The position numbers were made by a program, and so were the translations under genes. Under the pieces are notes generated by a model. The model did not search any database and was not told the origin of the DNA. It was given only the letters and a program-made list of their open reading frames with translations. A DNA stretch of 64,000 nt from Pyrodictiaceae archaeon (GTDB taxonomy: Archaea > Thermoproteota > Thermoprotei_A > Sulfolobales > WAQK01). How positions within the stretch are numbered: position 1 is the first letter of the stretch; the number at the start of each line of letters is the position of its first letter. Location: contig WAQK01000094.1 of assembly GCA_015520265.1 (NCBI GenBank), forward strand, positions 28,555-92,554, given 5' to 3'. Of the stretch, positions 26,340 to 35,465 are shown piece by piece.

Positions 26340-27086
26340 CTACCCGTGCTTAAGTCTACCTCTGACCAGTTTCTCCCAGAGTTTCCTCCTTTCGGATAGT
26401 TCCTGGTTGGCCAGCCTCCCCATCTCCGCCTCCAATTGCCTGGCGTAGTCGTCTAGCCAGGATAGCTGCGGCTCATACCACTGGGAGGGACCGTGGTATT
26501 TGACGAGTTTGGCGGTTCTAGCCACGATCAAGCCGACGTTAGCGGCGTCCATGGCGGCGTTCCGGTCCTCCAGCGCGTTGGTTGAGAGCTTGGTGTAGGC
26601 GAGGGCCCATGGCGGTACGAGCATGCCCATCGAGTTGAGGGTTGAGAGTATATAGGATATCGCCATGATCTCGCCGCTGTCGGCGCCCACCGCTATGGCT
26701 CCAGCGACCTTGCCCTCTACCCAGCTTTTATCGCCCAGAAGCGCCATGTTTTCGAAGGCTGTGAGCCTGTCTATGAAGTTCTTAAGGTGGCCGCTCGGCC
26801 CGTACCAGTAGACCGGAGTCGCTATTATGATACCATCAGCGCCCAGAACCTTGTCGTAGAGGATCCTCATGTCGTCATTTATGACGCAGGGGGGCCTGCA
26901 TGCCCCCTGGACGTCGGAGAGGCATCCGAGGCAGGGCTTTATCTCGTGGTCGTAGAGATGGATGAACTCGGTTTCGGCACCCTCCCTTCTAGCAGCTTCC
27001 AGTGCTAGGTGGAGGAGTTTGGCGGTGCCACCGTACTTTCTGGGCGAGGCGTTGATTCCCAGCACCTTGATTCGCATACTTAGCAC
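26340..27086 (-). CDS. NADPH-dependent FMN reductase-fold flavoprotein, iron-sulfur flavoprotein (Isf)-like
   Basis: VLGINASPRK flavodoxin-like N-terminus and the Cys motif CLGC-x7-C-x3-C. Confidence 0.75.
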   Translation of the reverse strand: MLSMRIKVLGINASPRKYGGTAKLLHLALEAARREGAETEFIHLYDHEIKPCLGCLSDVQGACRPPCVINDDMRILYDKVLGADGIIIATPVYWYGPSGHLKNFIDRLTAFENMALLGDKSWVEGKVAGAIAVGADSGEIMAISYILSTLNSMGMLVPPWALAYTKLSTNALEDRNAAMDAANVGLIVARTAKLVKYHGPSQWYEPQLSWLDDYARQLEAEMGRLANQELSERRKLWEKLVRGRLKHG

Positions 27087-27150
27087 CCCCTATCAGCCTG
27101 GTGGAGAAAACGCCGCGTAGATGTGGAGGTGTAGCCCAAAAAGCTTTGCT

Positions 27151-29160
27151 CTACCGCTGGCCACGCCTGCCCGCCAGGAGGGTAGCAGCGGCGCCCACCG
27201 CTACTCCAAGTATGAGGGCTGCCGCTACTACGGTCATGGATGCCTGGCCGCCCACCATACGTGTCTCCGTCTCGGTCGTGGTTTTTGTCACCGTTACGGT
27301 GACTGTGCTGGCGGCGCCGGGCTGCGGCGTAGTAGTGGTGGTCTGGGTTTCCTGCACAGGGCTCTGGGCCGATGACAAGTAGTATAGTGTCTTGAGGTAG
27401 GATGCCGCCAGCTCGTAGTAGTAGAGGCTTGACTCAGGGCTGGCCTGGTGCTCGGCGAATTCGAGGTAGCTGAGGCTTAGGGGCGGCGCTATTCCGCGGT
27501 CCGAGAGCCTGGCCAGCGTGTCGTAGGCCTCGGCCTTTGAGGCCTCGGCGATGGCCGTCAGATTGGTCGTGAAGGCGGCGAATATCGCTAGTGTCCCGTG
27601 GACTGCGGCGTCCAGCGAGTAGCTCAGGGAGCCGTAGATGTCCCCCTCCATGTAGGTGTTCTCGGCCTTTGAGTAGAGGTCCTCGCCGGTACTGAGGATC
27701 CCGCTACTCATACCCAGGTCCTCGTAGAGGGCTGTGGCGTAGCTCAGCACGCTCTGCGCATAGTAAAGCATGAACCTGGCCAGCATGTCAACGTCTCCCC
27801 TAGGTATGGCCTCGCCGGTAGGCACCTTGTCTAGCAGTTCTAGCCACTCCGTTACCGTTATGGCGCGCCACTTGGCGTAGGCCGCCTCGTGGAGGGCGCC
27901 CCACGATCCGGTCGCCGGGTTGTCGTAGAGCTCGCCCGCATTCAGCATTTGCCGAGCGTTATCCGTGGCCTCTAGTGTTGCGTGGTACCTGTCAGCCACG
28001 GCTATCAGTAGCTCCAGCTCCTCGTAGCTCTTGGGGCTGGACTTTAAGACTTCCTCGGTGTTGTTGATCAGCTTCTCGGCTACGTCTAGGAGCTCTTTGA
28101 CCACTGTTGCGGGGTCCTCGTTGTTCAGCACCCTGGCTACTGCCAGGGCATGCTCTGCCACGACGGCTGCCTGGAAGGTGAGGCTGGCGGCGGTGTAGGG
28201 TCTCTCCTGCTGCAGGCTCCTAGCCGTGTCTATGAGGTCCTCAGCCTGGCTCAGCAGGTCCTCCACGTAGCTGCGCTGGGTGTCCGGCAGCGTGGATGCT
28301 AGGCTTCTGGCCCTCTCTATGGCCTGAGTGGCGTTGGACACGTGGTTCTCGATCCACTGGGACAGCATGTCAGCCAGGTATTCGGGAAGCCTGGGCTCTG
28401 CTGCTCGGGGCGGGATCTCCCTGCCGGTGAAGTACCTGTAAGCCTCCCTTATACTGGAGACCTCCACCACCTGAACCCCCAGCTTGCGGCCTTCCTCCAC
28501 CAGGTCCACCGGCACCCTCCTGGTCTCCCTAACCACTATGGGTCCCTGCTGCCTTTCCTCCACAACAACCTTGTAGGTCTGCCTCTGACCCACGGGGATG
28601 AGGAAGATCTTGGCGCCCCCCTCGGCGGCGGCGTGTAGCTTGGCTAGCAGGCCTCCCACGGGACCAACGGTTCCATCCGGGTTCACCATGCCGGTTGCTA
28701 TGATGTCGCCTCTAAGCTGGTCGCCTCTCAGAGCGGCTAGTAGTGCCGCGGTCATGGCGACCCCGGCGCTGGGGCCCCCGATGACTATGGAGGGCGACTC
28801 GAACGTTATGTAAAAGTCGTATGCCCGGGGATCCACGTTGGCCAGGTAGCAGGCCACCAGGACGGCTATCCTGGCGGTGGCCTGCGTATCTATCTCTGCC
28901 AGCGGGTTGGCTGAAAGATATACTTGGCCCGTGCCAGGGTATGCAGCGCTCACCCTCAGCCTAGCAAGCATGCCGGTCTCGGTGCCGTTGGGAAGGGTTC
29001 TGACGGCTGGTACCCTTACCTCCACCTCCCTGGTGTAGGCGTAGGCGTGGAGGGGCACGTGGTACGCCAGGAGGGGTTGTAGCAGAACCAGTAGGACCGG
29101 TAGGAGTGCTAGGCTTCTCTTCACCCCTAACACCGCTTGTAACCCGGGGGTGTCGAACAT
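27151..29160 (-). CDS. Secreted or membrane-anchored S16 (Lon protease domain) serine peptidase without an ATPase module; C-terminal Thr-rich stalk and TM anchor
   Basis: Signal/TM segment (SLALLPVLLVLLQPLLA). Lon proteolytic core IGGPSAGVAMTAALLAAL ... GGLLAKLHAAAEGGAKIFLIP (Ser-Lys dyad context). About 400 aa of helical region. TTTTTPQPG...TVTVTVTKTTTETE stalk followed by a hydrophobic C-terminus. I use ATG 29160, which lies just after the upstream stop at 29168. Confidence 0.7.
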   Translation of the reverse strand: MFDTPGLQAVLGVKRSLALLPVLLVLLQPLLAYHVPLHAYAYTREVEVRVPAVRTLPNGTETGMLARLRVSAAYPGTGQVYLSANPLAEIDTQATARIAVLVACYLANVDPRAYDFYITFESPSIVIGGPSAGVAMTAALLAALRGDQLRGDIIATGMVNPDGTVGPVGGLLAKLHAAAEGGAKIFLIPVGQRQTYKVVVEERQQGPIVVRETRRVPVDLVEEGRKLGVQVVEVSSIREAYRYFTGREIPPRAAEPRLPEYLADMLSQWIENHVSNATQAIERARSLASTLPDTQRSYVEDLLSQAEDLIDTARSLQQERPYTAASLTFQAAVVAEHALAVARVLNNEDPATVVKELLDVAEKLINNTEEVLKSSPKSYEELELLIAVADRYHATLEATDNARQMLNAGELYDNPATGSWGALHEAAYAKWRAITVTEWLELLDKVPTGEAIPRGDVDMLARFMLYYAQSVLSYATALYEDLGMSSGILSTGEDLYSKAENTYMEGDIYGSLSYSLDAAVHGTLAIFAAFTTNLTAIAEASKAEAYDTLARLSDRGIAPPLSLSYLEFAEHQASPESSLYYYELAASYLKTLYYLSSAQSPVQETQTTTTTPQPGAASTVTVTVTKTTTETETRMVGGQASMTVVAAALILGVAVGAAATLLAGRRGQR

Positions 29161-29167
29161 TATACGC

Positions 29168-29605
29168 TTAGCGTTTGTCCGACGCCAGTCCCTCCACAGC
29201 CTTCCTGGCCCTCCTATAGATTTCCTCCACCTCCCCGGGACCAGGGTCACGGCTCATGTAAACCCTTACACCTATGGTCTCCCTCCTCCCCGGCACTTCT
29301 AGGCCTACAAGCTCCACCCTATCGATGCCGGGGAGGCCGAGAACGTTGGGGCTCAGGTCGGAGTAGAGGAGCGATACTTGGCCGAGGCTCAGCCTGTCCT
29401 CAGGCTCCAGGGGGAACCCCTCCCGGTAAACATCTATAGTTAGAACTATTTTCCCGTCCCTAAGCCTCAGCTTGTGTACCCTATAGTACTCGTCGAACCA
29501 GTACTCCTCGACCAGGGTCAACAGGTACCCACTCCTACTAGAGCTAAGCCAGCGGCTCCAACTCCGTGCCGCAGTAAGGGCAACGATGTTTAACTCTCCT
29601 GGCAT
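29168..29605 (-). CDS. Hypothetical protein; true start possibly TTG at 29521
   Basis: 145-aa ORF directly upstream of the S16 peptidase gene on the same strand. Its first ~20 codons overlap the zinc-ribbon ORF. I recognise no motif. Confidence 0.4.
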   Translation of the reverse strand: MPGELNIVALTAARSWSRWLSSSRSGYLLTLVEEYWFDEYYRVHKLRLRDGKIVLTIDVYREGFPLEPEDRLSLGQVSLLYSDLSPNVLGLPGIDRVELVGLEVPGRRETIGVRVYMSRDPGPGEVEEIYRRARKAVEGLASDKR

Positions 29606-29792
29606 GAGCCTCGCAGAAGTAGGCGTCCTGACTATCCCTGCACCTGGGGCACACGTAGACGGGCTCCCTGGTGACCTCGATCTTCCTGTTACATATCCTG
29701 CACCGCACCGTTATCCAGCCCAAATGCCCACCAGTGTTGACCCCCTTCAGCAGGCCTATCGTCACGTTGAGCACCCGGCGGAGTGTAGACAT
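29544..29792 (-). CDS. Hypothetical zinc-ribbon protein
   Basis: 82 aa containing CRIC...CPRC and a second pair C..H...CPYC. Confidence 0.45.
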   Translation of the reverse strand: MSTLRRVLNVTIGLLKGVNTGGHLGWITVRCRICNRKIEVTREPVYVCPRCRDSQDAYFCEAHARRVKHRCPYCGTELEPLA

Positions 29793-29860
29793 ATGGGGCT
29801 TAAAACGATTGCCGTTGCCGGTTCAAAGATAATAGGGATAGGGGCTATAATTCTAGCCCA

Positions 29861-30607
29861 GTGAAGCTTATGCCTGGACTTACCGTGGTCGCCACAGCGG
29901 ACGTGCATAGTCCCAGGTATCTCTCGCTCCTCAAGGCCGGTCTGGTGGAGGCCCCTAGGGAGTGTAGCCTCGTTGTCTGGGCCGGGGACATGGTGCTCAG
30001 AGGGAGGCTGGAGGCCCTGGAGCCCGTGTTGGAGGCGTTTAGGAAGAAGTATCCAGGTACACCCATCGTGGCTGTGTTCGGCAACGAGGAGTACTGGGGC
30101 ATGGAGGAGGCGTTCCGCGAGGAGTACCCCGACGTGGTGTGGCTGGACGACGAGTACAGGGTCTTAGACTTGGATGGCGCCAAGGTGGCAGTGGTGGGGA
30201 CACGGGGCGCCCTGGACAGGCCTACCAGCTGGCAGAGGAGGAACAAGCCCGAGCTCTGGGAGGTTTACGCTAAGCGCCCCCGCGTTGTGGAGGACCTTGT
30301 AGCCAGGGCCAGGGGTGAAGCCGACCTAGTCATACTGGTGTCACACTACGCTTTGACTTTCAAGACTGTGGAGGGCGAGCCTCGCAGGATATGGCCAGAG
30401 ATGGGGAGCCGGAGGATGGAGGAGACGGTGAGGAGGAGCAGGCCGGACCTGGCGATCCATGGTCACGCGCATAATGCGAGGCAGACACACGTGCGCATCG
30501 ACGGCGTGCCGGTCTACAACGTTTCCCTCCCAGCCATGAAGCACCTGGCAGTCATAGGGTTGAAGAGGCCTGTAAGCCTGGTAGACTTCTTCCAGCGGCA
30601 GAGCTAG
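29861..30607 (+). CDS. Calcineurin-like metallophosphoesterase
   Basis: Motifs ADVHSP, AGDMV, FGNEEY, VSHY and HGHAHN in canonical order. Confidence 0.75.
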   Translation: MKLMPGLTVVATADVHSPRYLSLLKAGLVEAPRECSLVVWAGDMVLRGRLEALEPVLEAFRKKYPGTPIVAVFGNEEYWGMEEAFREEYPDVVWLDDEYRVLDLDGAKVAVVGTRGALDRPTSWQRRNKPELWEVYAKRPRVVEDLVARARGEADLVILVSHYALTFKTVEGEPRRIWPEMGSRRMEETVRRSRPDLAIHGHAHNARQTHVRIDGVPVYNVSLPAMKHLAVIGLKRPVSLVDFFQRQS

Positions 30608-31617
30608 CCCCTGTACACTGAGACCAGCCCTTCGTCTAGCCCGAACCTAACCCTGTCGCCAGTCCTAGGCACGTGGCCCCCATGGGGCACATAGCATCTC
30701 ACCACCGTCTCCCCGACTCTCAGGACCACTAGGATGCGCCCTCTCTGAGCTACCACGTCCTCGACCACTCCCTCCCAGGGCCCCTCACCGAGCCTCACGG
30801 CCTCTGGCGGGAACCCGGCAACCGCGTCAGAGCCCTTGAAGTTCCCGGTCCAGGGCCATACCGGCTGGTCGCTGAGGCCTACGGGAACCATGTTGTGGAG
30901 GAACAGCCTTGCAGCCTCTGGGTGCCCGGGCTTGAGGTACAGGGTGTAGGGTTCGTCGCCCTCGGCAACGATGACGCCGTCTACGAGCACTGCCACTTTG
31001 TCCCCCACCTCCAGGGCCTCGTCCTGGTCGTGGGTCACATAGATCATTGTGATGCCGAGCTCTACCCTTATCCTCCTTATGAGGAGCTTCAGGCTCTCCC
31101 TCAGCCTCGCGTCTATGTGGCTGAGAGGCTCGTCCAGGAGGAGGACTCTGGGCTCCACGACCAGTGCCCTGGCCAAAGCCACCCTCTGCTGCTGCCCCCC
31201 GCTAAGCTGACCCGGCCTCTTGTCCAGAATGTCGTCTATTTCGAGGAGGTTGGCCAGCATCCTTATCCTGGCGTCCAGCTCGTCCCGGGGGAGCCTCAGC
31301 CTGCGGGCTGCGAACATGATGTTCTCGTAGGCCGTCATGTGGGGGAAGAGGGCGGGATACTGGAACACCATGGAGACGCCGCGCTCCCTGGGTTCTAAAC
31401 TGGTTACGTCACGCCCATCCATCAGGACGGCCCCCCGGTCAGGCTCCTCCAGACCTGCTATTATCCTCAGCATAGTGGTCTTCCCGCTACCCGACGGGCC
31501 CAGCACAGCCGTTATCCTGCCCGCCGGGGCCTCCAGGCTGAGGCCCCTCAGCACGGTCTTCGCGCCGTAGCTTTTCCACACCTCCCTCAGCTCTACTACA
31601 GCCATCTCTGCCTCCAC
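30604..31617 (-). CDS. ABC transporter ATP-binding protein (thiamine / Fe3+ / polyamine importer type)
   Basis: Walker A GPSGSGKTT, signature LSGGQQQRVALARAL, Walker B LLLDEPLS, and a C-terminal TOBE-like domain. Confidence 0.85.
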   Translation of the reverse strand: MEAEMAVVELREVWKSYGAKTVLRGLSLEAPAGRITAVLGPSGSGKTTMLRIIAGLEEPDRGAVLMDGRDVTSLEPRERGVSMVFQYPALFPHMTAYENIMFAARRLRLPRDELDARIRMLANLLEIDDILDKRPGQLSGGQQQRVALARALVVEPRVLLLDEPLSHIDARLRESLKLLIRRIRVELGITMIYVTHDQDEALEVGDKVAVLVDGVIVAEGDEPYTLYLKPGHPEAARLFLHNMVPVGLSDQPVWPWTGNFKGSDAVAGFPPEAVRLGEGPWEGVVEDVVAQRGRILVVLRVGETVVRCYVPHGGHVPRTGDRVRFGLDEGLVSVYRG

Positions 31618-33209
31618 CTCGCCATGAACACGAGTAGCGCCAGGCTAAGGGTTGTGAGTATTGATGCCTCGGCGAAGGCCATCTGGGGCCTCCTAGCCGC
31701 GGCCAGCTTATGCACAGCTATGGAGAGGGTGATCGTGTCTCTCGTGTGGAGCATCATGGTTGCGCCGAACTCGCCAAGGCTAACCACGGCTGCCAGGCTA
31801 GCGGCCACTAGGTACTGGTTCCTGAGAAGGGGTGCCAGGACGTTGAGGAAGCCGTCAACCATGCTTTTCGAGTAGAGCCTGAGGGGATCCACGATCTCGC
31901 GGCTCAACACCCTCTGGAACCCGAGGACAATGGGTCTCGACACTATGGGGAGCCCGGCTGCGACATGGGCTAATATTATGAGTAGCCACCTGGCCCCTAT
32001 CCCCGAGTAGGCCAGGTATAGAGCTAGACCAAGTGTGGCCGGGCTCACGGCTATGACGCTAACTGCTATGATCTCAGTCAACCGGCTCTCCGAAACTGCT
32101 AGGAGCGTGGATACAACTAGGGAGATCAACACCACCATGTATGCATAGTAGGCTGTGTTGGCGAGGACAGCGGCGTGGCTGGTCTGGACGACGCTTCTGA
32201 ACTCTTCGCCCAGGACACCCCTATAGCCTGAAAGGCTCACCTTACCCGTGTAGGGGTCCAAGAGCGCTCTGAGGTATATAGAGGTTAGGGGGAGAGCGTA
32301 GAAGGCTGCTAGGAATACCATATATGCTGGTGCCAAGACACCCGGTCTCCCCCCAGGCCTGGCGGCCTCCCCCACCGGCGCGTGAGGCAGCTTCCTACTG
32401 AGTATAACGTAGATCGCCGCGAAGGGTGCAAGGAGTGATACCTGGAGCAGAGCCAGGGCTGACGCCGCTCTGGCCGCCTGGCCGGGATCCGTGTAGAGGA
32501 ACCTGTACACAGTGTATAGGTAGGATTCAAGTGTATTATACCTGGGGCTCGCTCCTATCGTTATGGGTATGGCGAAGCTGGTGAAACAATACATGTAGGC
32601 TAGCACGAAGGAGGCTGCCAGGGCCGGGGCCGCGTAGGGTATAAGAACCCTCCTCACAGTGTCGAGCCTCGAGCCGAAAAGCCTGGAGGAGTCCACCAAG
32701 TCCCTCGGCACAGCGGATAATGCGGTGTAGACCAGGTTCAACGCTATCGGCGAGTTATAGAAAACGTGCGCGGCTATGATGCCCCAAAAACCCTCGCCCA
32801 GGACCCTGAGCTGGGGCACAAGTGATGAGAGAACCCCTCCTCTCCCGTAGACGGCTCTGAACCCAACGGCGACAACCATGGGTGGTGACATGAAGGCCAC
32901 CAGGGAGAGGGCTGAAACTAGGCCGGAGCCCCGGGGCCTTCGCAGAGCCATTAGTGCGCCTGCCGGGGCGCCCAGCGCCACCGATAGGGCGGCGCTGACC
33001 AAGGCCTGTTTAAACGTGAAGGCTGCGACCCTCTTAACGGCCGGGTCCGATAAGACCTCCGCCAGCGTGGAGGGTCCGGGCTTTGCCGCTACCTGGAGTA
33101 AGGGCAGGTAGGCTAGGAAAAATACTACTAGGAGGGGGCCTAGGGTCAGGGCCAGCCTCTCAGCCCTCCCTAGCCGCCAGCCACGAGGTTCATCCATGTG
33201 TTCAGCCAC
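31596..33209 (-). CDS. ABC transporter permease, duplicated two-domain type (ThiP/FbpB-like)
   Basis: 537 aa with about 12 hydrophobic helices. It overlaps both neighbouring genes, which indicates an operon. Confidence 0.8.
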   Translation of the reverse strand: MAEHMDEPRGWRLGRAERLALTLGPLLVVFFLAYLPLLQVAAKPGPSTLAEVLSDPAVKRVAAFTFKQALVSAALSVALGAPAGALMALRRPRGSGLVSALSLVAFMSPPMVVAVGFRAVYGRGGVLSSLVPQLRVLGEGFWGIIAAHVFYNSPIALNLVYTALSAVPRDLVDSSRLFGSRLDTVRRVLIPYAAPALAASFVLAYMYCFTSFAIPITIGASPRYNTLESYLYTVYRFLYTDPGQAARAASALALLQVSLLAPFAAIYVILSRKLPHAPVGEAARPGGRPGVLAPAYMVFLAAFYALPLTSIYLRALLDPYTGKVSLSGYRGVLGEEFRSVVQTSHAAVLANTAYYAYMVVLISLVVSTLLAVSESRLTEIIAVSVIAVSPATLGLALYLAYSGIGARWLLIILAHVAAGLPIVSRPIVLGFQRVLSREIVDPLRLYSKSMVDGFLNVLAPLLRNQYLVAASLAAVVSLGEFGATMMLHTRDTITLSIAVHKLAAARRPQMAFAEASILTTLSLALLVFMARWRQRWL

Positions 33210-34285
33210 TCCCTGTAGTGCTGGCTAATCTCCTCATTGGATATATAGGTGTTCACTATCTCGAAGTCCCTAGGGTCAAGCGCGTACTTGTAGGGCTCGG
33301 GAAGCTGAACCCTGGAGTTGGCCGGGTACATCCAGTTGTTGAGGGGTATCTCGGCCTGGACCTCTGGACTCAGGAACCAGTCGACAAACTTTTCGGCCAG
33401 ATCCTTGTGGGGCGCGTTCTTCAATACGGCTATGCCCTCCACCTGGAGCCAGGCGTATTTCTTACCATTATACGTCACCACGGCTGCACCCATGCTGGTG
33501 TCGTTGTAGAAGTAGTAGCTATAGGCAGGGTCAGTGCCGTAGCTCACCACTATGGGCCTGCCTGAGGCCTCGTCGAGGAACACGTCATAGGCGTCACCCC
33601 AGCTGGGCTGGACGTTAACGTGGTCTCTGACCTTGAGCCACCACTCCTTCCAGTCTTTGCCCAGTATCTTGTCGTAAACCGTTATCTGCCAGAGGAGGAA
33701 GCTGAGGCCCGTGCTGCTCTTCGTGGGGTCCTCGAGCACCAGCATGCCTGCGAGCTGCGGGTCGTAGAAGTCCTCGAAGCGTAACCTCTCCATGATTGTC
33801 TCGTTGACCTTTGCCTTTATGTAGACGAAGGCTATGAGGCCGTAGTCGTAGGGCACGGCGTAGCCATCGGGATCCAGTGCATTGATGAGCCAGTCGGGTA
33901 TGTCGTTTATGTTGCTGGGCGTGTATTTCTCCAGGATCCCTGCCTCCTTGGCCTCAACTATTAGGAGGTTGTCCAGTCCTATGATCACGTCGGCCTTGAC
34001 CTCGCCTCTCCTAGCCTCCTCTATGGCTGCCAGCAGCGCCTCCCTGGCGTCAGGGAACTCCACGACCTGGACCTCTACGCCGTATCTGCGCTCGAACTCG
34101 CCGAATACCTTGTCCCACGTGGCTTCGGGGTCCTTGCCCCACTTAAGGAGGCTCTCATACGTGTATATTACGAGCCTCTTCTCGCCTCCTCCTGGCTGGA
34201 GGAACACGTATGCAATGGTTGCTGCTACGGCCACTATTACCAGGATTGTTGCCACAACCCTCATCGATAACCTCATTATCTTCAC
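33170..34285 (-). CDS. ABC transporter substrate-binding protein, TbpA (thiamine-binding)-like
   Basis: N-terminal TM/signal segment, then LVIYTYESLLKWG...ADVIIGLDNLLIVEA, which resembles the TbpA/ThiB pattern (VYTYDSF..WG...ADVVLGLDN). Confidence 0.7.
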   Translation of the reverse strand: MKIMRLSMRVVATILVIVAVAATIAYVFLQPGGGEKRLVIYTYESLLKWGKDPEATWDKVFGEFERRYGVEVQVVEFPDAREALLAAIEEARRGEVKADVIIGLDNLLIVEAKEAGILEKYTPSNINDIPDWLINALDPDGYAVPYDYGLIAFVYIKAKVNETIMERLRFEDFYDPQLAGMLVLEDPTKSSTGLSFLLWQITVYDKILGKDWKEWWLKVRDHVNVQPSWGDAYDVFLDEASGRPIVVSYGTDPAYSYYFYNDTSMGAAVVTYNGKKYAWLQVEGIAVLKNAPHKDLAEKFVDWFLSPEVQAEIPLNNWMYPANSRVQLPEPYKYALDPRDFEIVNTYISNEEISQHYREWLNTWMNLVAGG

Positions 34286-34430
34286 CTGGTTTCTCTGTCG
34301 ATAAATGCGTGAATAATAAAGCTGTTGCCCTTCGACGAAATATGTTGATTTAGTATGATTAATTATAGTCTAAAAATATTAATTAGTATATTTATAGAGA
34401 TGGGTTTATAGGGGGAACACGTCACTAATA

Positions 34431-34955
34431 GTGCCCCGGAGTTACATAGCGATGGTCCCGGGAAGGACTAGGAGCTACCTTATCGAGGCGGAGCTCTCAG
34501 GATGCATGGAAAGGATCAGGAAAGAGTTCGCCGAGTTCAGGTCATCGCCGGAGCTGATTCTAGCCGAGTGGCAGAGACTCAAGATGAGGATCGCGGATGT
34601 AGTGGCTGAGTGCATAGTAGCCGTGGTGGGTGAGAGCAAGCTCAGGGGAATATACTTCATAGACCTGTCTGGAGGTGAGGTTAACATCGGCGGCAACGTG
34701 GGCAGGGACCTGGACCTACTGGTGGTGCTCGATGACAGCGTAGGGGGTGAAAGAGAGGAGGTCGAAAAGACCATCGAGACCTTGGTCAACAAGCTGTTGC
34801 AGGGCCTCGGCGTCGAGGTTTCCGACTACACCACTGCGCCCAACATGATCGAGATCCACGTGATAAAGGATCCCAAGCGGGACCCCTACAGCCAGCTTCT
34901 TAGAAGCATTTTTACACCACCGATACCTATATGGGAGCGCGGTGCAAAGAAGTAG
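34431..34955 (+). CDS. Nucleotidyltransferase-fold (MNT-like) protein, paralogue 1
   Basis: LSGGEVNIGGNVGRDLDLLVVLDD resembles the minimal NTase G[SG]-x9-12-DhDh motif. The start could be ATG 34452. Confidence 0.5.
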   Translation: MPRSYIAMVPGRTRSYLIEAELSGCMERIRKEFAEFRSSPELILAEWQRLKMRIADVVAECIVAVVGESKLRGIYFIDLSGGEVNIGGNVGRDLDLLVVLDDSVGGEREEVEKTIETLVNKLLQGLGVEVSDYTTAPNMIEIHVIKDPKRDPYSQLLRSIFTPPIPIWERGAKK

Positions 34956-34970
34956 ATGGGACGGTAGTGG

Positions 34971-35465
34971 GTGTTGTCGATCAACTGCAACCGGATAGTC
35001 TCCTGCATCGACACTCCCCTCAGCAGACTTCTCGAAGGAATTGCTAGGGAGGCTGGGAGCCTTACATCCGCCTTCTCCCAGGGTTATCGATCCTACCCAT
35101 GGCAACGGTTCAAGAGACTGCTGGCAGACATAGTAGCCGAATGCATAGCCAGCAACACCGACGGCATCGGGGAGATCTATCTTCACGAACTCCACGGTGG
35201 AGAGCCAGCCAATGTTGGGGAGCTGGGCGGCAAGGACCTTGACCTCATACTGGTGGTTAGAGATGGGTTGGAGGAATATGTAGAGGAGCTGGAGAAGTGT
35301 TTGGAGAACTATTTGGAGAACCGGCTGAGGGATGCGCTAGGCGGAAAGGATCCCCTAAGCCTGCTGGGCATACCAAACATAGTGGAGCTACAGCCACAGA
35401 AAAACAGGGGGTGCAGAGGCTTCAGATACTCTCGGCCCATCAGGATCTGGCCGCCAGGCGAGTAA
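34971..35465 (+). CDS. Nucleotidyltransferase-fold (MNT-like) protein, paralogue 2
   Basis: LHGGEPANVGELGGKDLDLILVVRD. It is colinear with paralogue 1 along its length (WQRxK..ADxVAECI ... PIxIW). Confidence 0.45.
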   Translation: MLSINCNRIVSCIDTPLSRLLEGIAREAGSLTSAFSQGYRSYPWQRFKRLLADIVAECIASNTDGIGEIYLHELHGGEPANVGELGGKDLDLILVVRDGLEEYVEELEKCLENYLENRLRDALGGKDPLSLLGIPNIVELQPQKNRGCRGFRYSRPIRIWPPGE

